From NCBI GenBank assembly GCA_032718475.1, contig JAUCBJ010007309.1:1-64000 (forward strand): DNA of 64,000 nt, in the 5' to 3' direction. A program made the translations under genes and the position numbers. This stretch comes from Nemertoderma westbladi (lineage: Eukaryota > Animalia > Xenacoelomorpha). The notes below the pieces were generated by a model, which saw nothing but the letters and a program-made list of their open reading frames with translations, was not told the origin of the DNA and made no database searches. Positions 60,079 to 64,000 of this stretch are shown here, in pieces (position 1 is the stretch's first letter; the number at the start of each line of letters is the position of its first letter).

Positions 60079-61697
60079 TGTGGCTGAAACTGAATGATCA
60101 ATGTAACTGAAAACTCCCCGTAACGTCCCAACATTGTTGTTTTAATTGTAATTTGTTTTATCGTAAATGTTAATTGTTGTCTATTTTACAATGTATTGCC
60201 CCGTGTGGGTGGGGGGGGGGGGGGGGGGGGGGGGGAAACTGGACGCAATAAAACTGCATCCCTCTCCAGGGGAAATTCGACGCAAATAACAGATGATTTC
60301 TCTCAAAAATAAAACTGTAACCTGTTCTATTGTGTTTAGTTAATTGTTTTGGTTAAAATAATGTGCCACTGTAACCTGCTCCTTTCCCTAAATTGAGAAT
60401 TTAACATTGAGGCGGGATATTAATTCGCCAAGATGAGATTTGCGTCCAGTTTCCCCCTTGTCTCCAATTTTGGAACATTGAAGTGAACAGGGAAATTTTT
60501 GAAACTATTTATTATATTTCAATATTGGATAATAATTTCCTTTGTGCTCTGATGGATAGCCCATAAAATTTTAGGAAAAGTCACAGAATCTCGGTTTTCA
60601 CAACATATCTGTTTCAAAGATACAGATTAATTTCAAAAAAATTTAAATGACCCTCACCCACCCCCCCCCCCCCCCCCCCAGGCCAAATAGCGTTTAACAA
60701 GGCTGCGGTTGGTCTATATTATTACAGTTCAAATGGAATTTTGTTTCATTTTTGTATATACCGTACAATTTTACTTAAAGTTTGTGCAATGCAGTTCATT
60801 TTTTTAATGGTTGTTGTTGTTATTGTGAACAATAACACTAGTTTTAGGTGGTTAAGTTGTGCTGTACTGGCTACTACTACCTTGTGCTTAATAATATTCA
60901 TGTTTTACACATAAATTATCTTCTTAATTCGAACAATTGCATACCATGGGAACAATCCGGTGGTCGAATCAATGGATGACCAAATTAGTTTAGAGAATAA
61001 CGATTTACAACGTTTAAAACAAACGTTTTCTTTGCATTAAAAAAACGTATATTTCCAAGCAATTTCGAAAGAACCGACGCATGATTCACGTTAGTTACAC
61101 ATGCTAGACACACGTTTAATTCAAACGTCATAAAGAACCGGCGATTGAGTAACGTTTGTTTCATGCTATTTACACGTTTACTTCTAAACGTTTATTACAT
61201 GCCACCCGCTTGGACAAAATAACATGAAAATAATCTATTTCTGGACGTGTTGCAAACGTTTTTTCAAACGTTTGCCATGTTCAATAAAAATGTGATATAA
61301 ACGTTAAAATAACATGAAATTGTTATCAGGGGTAGTAGTACCAGTACTCGTATATGTGAGTCCATGCTGGGCTCTAACTGTAGAGGACACCAAATCTCTG
61401 GATGGCACTTTCACAAGGATGCTGCGCCGGGTTCATTGTGTTAAGTACAATCTGACAATGAACACATCTCCAATCAGACTATATACTGCTATACAACATT
61501 GGAGGTGTTAGTCTCCTCTAGCTCGACACTTGAACGGAACCGCCTCCACTTTGCTGGACATTGCTTTCGCCGTGAGGACCAGCCAGTGCAAATCTTGTGC
61601 TTTGGCGGCCTCATGGAGTGAATAAGCATGGTGGATAGCCCATGACTTTCTTGAGACGCATCTTGAAGGACACCGGCCTTGAAGATGCGGCGATGAT

Positions 61698-62896
61698 TAG
61701 GGCTGGCAATCCCGGGATTCCGGGATCCCGGAATAAAATGCAATCCCGAAATCCCGGGATTCAAGAACAAAAATCCCGGGATTTTCGGGATTTTGGTTAA
61801 AGCATTTCCACAGGTTGACAGTAACAATTTAATACAGTATATCGTGACAATAATGTCATTATTAATGTCCATGTAGGTAGGGCTAGGCCTAAACCAGTAA
61901 CACTGTTAAAATAGGGCCAAACTGAAACTATACCGGATGTGATGGACTGTGCATGCATACCGGTACCGGCCAGTACTGGCTGAGTGGTAGTAGGACGCAC
62001 CTGTCTATGCAATGACATAGGCTTCTGATACTGATACTTACAGTAGTTTAGTTGTACCGGTCCTTTACCAGTAATTTGAGTTGGCCTCTATAAATAATAA
62101 CAATGGCAGATGGACAGTTTACACATTTCAAATCTGAAGGAGTATGGCAGAACTTCCTTAGACACGGGGATGTAGCTAAGTGTATATTTCAAGTATGTGA
62201 TTCACCGTGCAACAAGTTAATAAAGTGTGGTGGCGGATCTACAAAAGGTCTACACACGCACCTAAAATCCGTGCATAATACCAACCTTCTTAAAAAGAAG
62301 ATTACCGCCAATTCCAATGAAAACGACACCGCTGATATTACTGAAGCTCAGGTTAAATCTACTAATAAAGCAAGGCCTATTCAAAAAACTTTAACAATCG
62401 ACAACTACTTTGGGTCCAAGGAATATTCACTCAATGCAGTACTAGCTAGATTAATAGCAGTGGATGGCCTTCCATTTTCTGTGTTCGAGACATCGTGTGA
62501 TTTACGTCGTCTTTTTCAAAGGTCTGGATACACCTTGCCAATTTCACATAATTCAGTCAGTTCGCATATTAAGAAATTCGCTGAAGAATGCCGAACAATT
62601 GTTAACGATTAACTACTGTTTATTAACTGTTTGTTAACTACAGTATAATAGTTAACTATAGGTTAACTACTGTATATTAGTTAACTATAGGTTAACTACT
62701 TTAACAGTATCAGTAATAGATACCTAATATTAATATTAAAAAAAGGAAATTAATTGCTATTAATTGACACAAGTATTTTTTCACCTACATTATTCCTGAA
62801 ATTCTAAATCCCGGGATTAATCCCGGGATCCCGGGATTGGACCATTTCTGTCCCGGATCCCGGGATTTCAATAACCCTCCGGGATTGCCAGCCCTA
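61698..62896 (+). mobile_element. hAT DNA transposon, internal-deletion derivative
   Basis: TIR TAGGGCTGGCAATCCCGG; 8-bp TSD GCGATGAT (61690-61697, 62897-62904); ATCCCGGGAT subterminal repeats. Confidence 0.95.
62103..62612 (+). pseudogene. Truncated hAT transposase (BED zinc finger + DNA-binding region)
   Basis: VWQNF..AKC..C..GSTKGLHTHLKSVH (BED); IAVDGLPFSVFE; catalytic part absent. Confidence 0.88.
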
Positions 62897-63484
62897 GCGA
62901 TGATCTAGCCAATGTCATGGGTGAATATAATACAACGCCAATGCAGCATGCCGATCGTATTATACAGTAGCAAGTAGTAGTATGTTTACTACTATGCCAC
63001 CTCTTTATACCGAGTAATATTATATTATCGCAAAATACCAGCCACATATTATACCTTGCCTGAAAGTGGCAAAAACAATTACTACTTTTTTTATTTGTAT
63101 TCTAATCAACATGTTTTTTCTTGAGTTTCAACCTCCCCCCCCCCCCCCCTCGCCACCTCCCATTCTCCCCCTTCTCAATTGTCTCTTTTACGCAATAATT
63201 TTTATTGTCCGTTTAAATCCTTTTTTTGTCCCTTTTTTTTATTTTTTATGTCCTCCAAAAATCTAATGTTAGGTTCCATGCTACCGGTTTCTCTACTGCT
63301 GTTCTCTCAGGCTATCAGTACCGGTATATTAGTATATATAGCACTATTTTGCTGTATTGTATGTACAGATGTAGGTACAGTATAAAGCAGGCATTTCTGT
63401 ATTTTAGTACCGGCACCGGTACTGCTGTAGGCCTACTGTGTAGCCTACCATTTAAATACGGTACTGGTAGGCCTACCGGCTGAC

Positions 63485-64000
63485 CGGTTGTTTTGGTTAG
63501 AAAATCCCGCCTCATCTGTAACCTGCTCCTTTGCCTGATTTGGTAAAGTGACCGTTTATTGTTTTGGTTAGAAAGGCCCGCCTCTGTAACCTGCACCTTT
63601 CATTCATTTTTTAAAGTGACTGTTTATTGTTTTGGTTAGGAAATCCCGCTTCTGTAACCTGCTCCTTTCTCTCAATTGGTAATGTTATCGTTTATTGTTT
63701 TGGTTAGAAAATCCCGTCTCTGTAACCTGCTCCTTTCCTTGATTTGGAAAAGTGACTTTTTATTGTTTTGGTTAGAAAATCCCGCATCTGTAACCTGCTC
63801 CTTTCTCTCAATTGGCAATTTTATCGTTTATTGTTTTGGTTAGAAAATCCCGTCTATGTAACCTGCTCCTTTCCCTCAATTAGTTAAATGATCGTTTATT
63901 GTTTTGGTTAGAAAATCCCGCCTCTGTAACCTGCTCCTTTCCCTGATTTCGTAAAGTGACTGTTTATTGTTTTGGTTAGAAAATCCGGCCTTAACCTGCT
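63485..64000 (-). repeat. About 60-bp satellite, same family as 42100-42680, runs off the window end
   Basis: Unit GTTTATTGTTTTGGTTAGAAAATCCCGYCTCTGTAACCTGCTCCTTT... Confidence 0.93.

Larger units (their letters stand above)
56734..61331. mobile_element. Non-autonomous CACTA/EnSpm-type element
   Basis: TIR CCCTGCTAAC / GTTATCAGGG; 2-bp TSD GT; subterminal AAACGTTT/AACATGTT repeats at both ends; RTE sequence resumes across it. Confidence 0.8.
50855..62985 (+). mobile_element. 5'-truncated RTE fragment (about 0.8 kb of own sequence) split into four pieces by three insertions
   Basis: Pieces at about 50855-50875, 56379-56733, 61332-61697 and 62897-62985 are collinear with the RTE copy at 23831-24700 (SRGNPAK; GLFVNSKKT; WALTVEDTKSLDGTFTRMLRR; 3' AATGCAGCA.GCCGATC + TAG tail). 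Confidence 0.8.

Noticed and set aside
60211-60235. Long G/C homopolymers here and near 7123, 26588, 27165, 36494 and 60661
   Set aside because: Mostly within repeats; lengths are unreliable in assemblies; no specific function supportable.

Overview
AT-rich eukaryotic (animal-like, invertebrate-type) genomic DNA; no prokaryotic features, rRNA or CRISPR array seen. Most of the window is nested transposable elements, many with boundaries resolvable from TSDs, TIRs or LTRs. (1) A full-length CRE-clade RLE non-LTR retrotransposon (420-5057, 12-bp TSD) has its RT split by a 1.1-kb G-rich minisatellite insertion. (2) An old BEL/Pao LTR element (9087-21350, 5-bp TSD) contains a 6.8-kb element with Maverick/Polinton-type termini (155-bp TIRs starting AGTAGT, 6-bp TSD); it carries only scrambled retroelement debris and no recognisable Polinton genes. 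(3) One RTE copy is inserted into another. (4) There are several MITEs, a MULE, and a Penelope remnant with a minimal hammerhead motif. (5) A near-intact Gypsy element, a CACTA-type element and a hAT deletion derivative all interrupt one short RTE fragment. Host genes are two tandem, intronless hnRNP U/UL1-like paralogues lacking the SAP domain (SPRY + P-loop) and a probable PH-domain terminal exon. A 62-bp satellite with higher-order structure lies between the paralogues. Several 5-bp TA-CTG-TA insertions look like Tc1/mariner excision footprints. All calls are by eye; no database searches or alignments were run.
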